DNA of 64,000 nucleotides from Rhizodiscina lignyota (Eukaryota): NCBI GenBank assembly GCA_010015805.1, contig ML978131.1, positions 682,001 to 746,000 of the forward strand, read 5' to 3'. Shown piece by piece: positions 63,010 to 64,000 of this stretch (position 1 is its first letter; each line of letters starts with the position of its first letter). The notes under the pieces were generated by a model. It saw only the letters and a program-made list of their open reading frames with translations, ran no database searches and was not told where the DNA came from. The position numbers and the translations under genes were made by a program.

Positions 63010-64000
63010 GGCTTCTGATTGTTACAGACGACGTTGAAATCAAATGTCAAAGAGTGGGCGTATTTGTTGTAAATGAGTTGGAGTGTGAGAAGAGAGGTTG
63101 TTGTTATTTTTGGGTTGTTTGTGCTGTTGAGAACGCGGGAAATGAAGTGCTTGTCAAGGTGGTGTTATGACAACAGTGGCGCGTCGTTGCTTCACCAGAG
63201 CTCGTTCACACAGTCCAGCAGGGTAACAAAGGAAGGGTTAGTCACAGGTTAACACCTCTGTGAAATGATACTAGAGGTTGTGCCGAACTTCATGTCGAAA
63301 ACACGCCCGGCCACTGGCGAAAGCATTTCACAAAGTACACTTGAAAGCGAACTGGCAATTTGCCAGCGCGCATTCATCTTCAACTTCCCCCTCTCGTGCT
63401 TTTTCTTCAAATGCTTGGGCATAATTCGAGGCCCTAATGAGTCAATTGTCTTTGAAGCCATCTCCTCATTGTTCCTTTCCAAGTGAATTTCGACCAGTCG
63501 ATGGTGTTTCGGTCTGCCCATAAGTCAACGTCCACATTCACTTCAATAAGCACCAACGCGCCAGAGAGGAAATCTCACGTATTAGGTAGGACAGAAGCAG
63601 TTCTTACACATAACACCCAACGTCCCGTCATATCGGTATCGAATTGCTCACAGCATTGCCAGTGTCCGCCGGTGCCCCCAACAGCCTGTGCAATTTTGTT
63701 AGCCTTGTAGTTTACATCCAGCTGCATCACTAAACGACATACTTCTTTCCAGTCTCTGTAGCACAGCAGCCACAAAAGATGGAAGCGGGCCAGCAAAACA
63801 CCTTGAGATATCAGTGAGAGTGAAGTGTGGAGAGAAAATTACTGGGGTCATACCGCCATGACGACCGTAGTAGCGAAGCCCAGTGTCGGACCAACCACCT
63901 TGTGAGAGCATGTTAGCTTCCTATCATATAAACCATCACTTCCCACGGAGAGATTCCTTCCTCAATCAACTCCTTAACAATCAGGACGCACCTTGCAGTG

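Overview
Gene-dense, intron-containing eukaryotic DNA from a filamentous ascomycete (Pezizomycotina; short GT-AG introns with CTRAC branch points, a Zn2Cys6 factor). About 22 protein-coding genes are supported. Housekeeping genes: gamma-tubulin complex GCP3/Spc98, cystinosin/ERS1, NTO1/BRPF-like, an SR-like RRM protein, GPC1, CWC22 and Ap4A phosphorylase. The most striking accessory block (~29-36 kb) carries a viperin/RSAD2 radical-SAM gene head-to-head with a UMP-CMP/adenylate-kinase-family gene, followed by a CYTH-family triphosphatase-like gene with an apparent frameshift, plus a MITE and a tRNA-like element. The viperin-kinase layout echoes the vertebrate RSAD2-CMPK2 pair and prokaryotic viperin-kinase loci, and suggests a fungal antiviral ddhNTP module (inference). 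Also present: a Zn2Cys6 TF + MFS carboxylate transporter + TcuA-like flavoprotein mini-cluster, an RGS-LOV photoreceptor, an ALDH/SDR/FMO/MCT accessory block, and an orphan SAP-motif protein with 18-aa tandem repeats. All family calls come from motif recognition by eye; no searches were run, and exon boundaries were read by hand.
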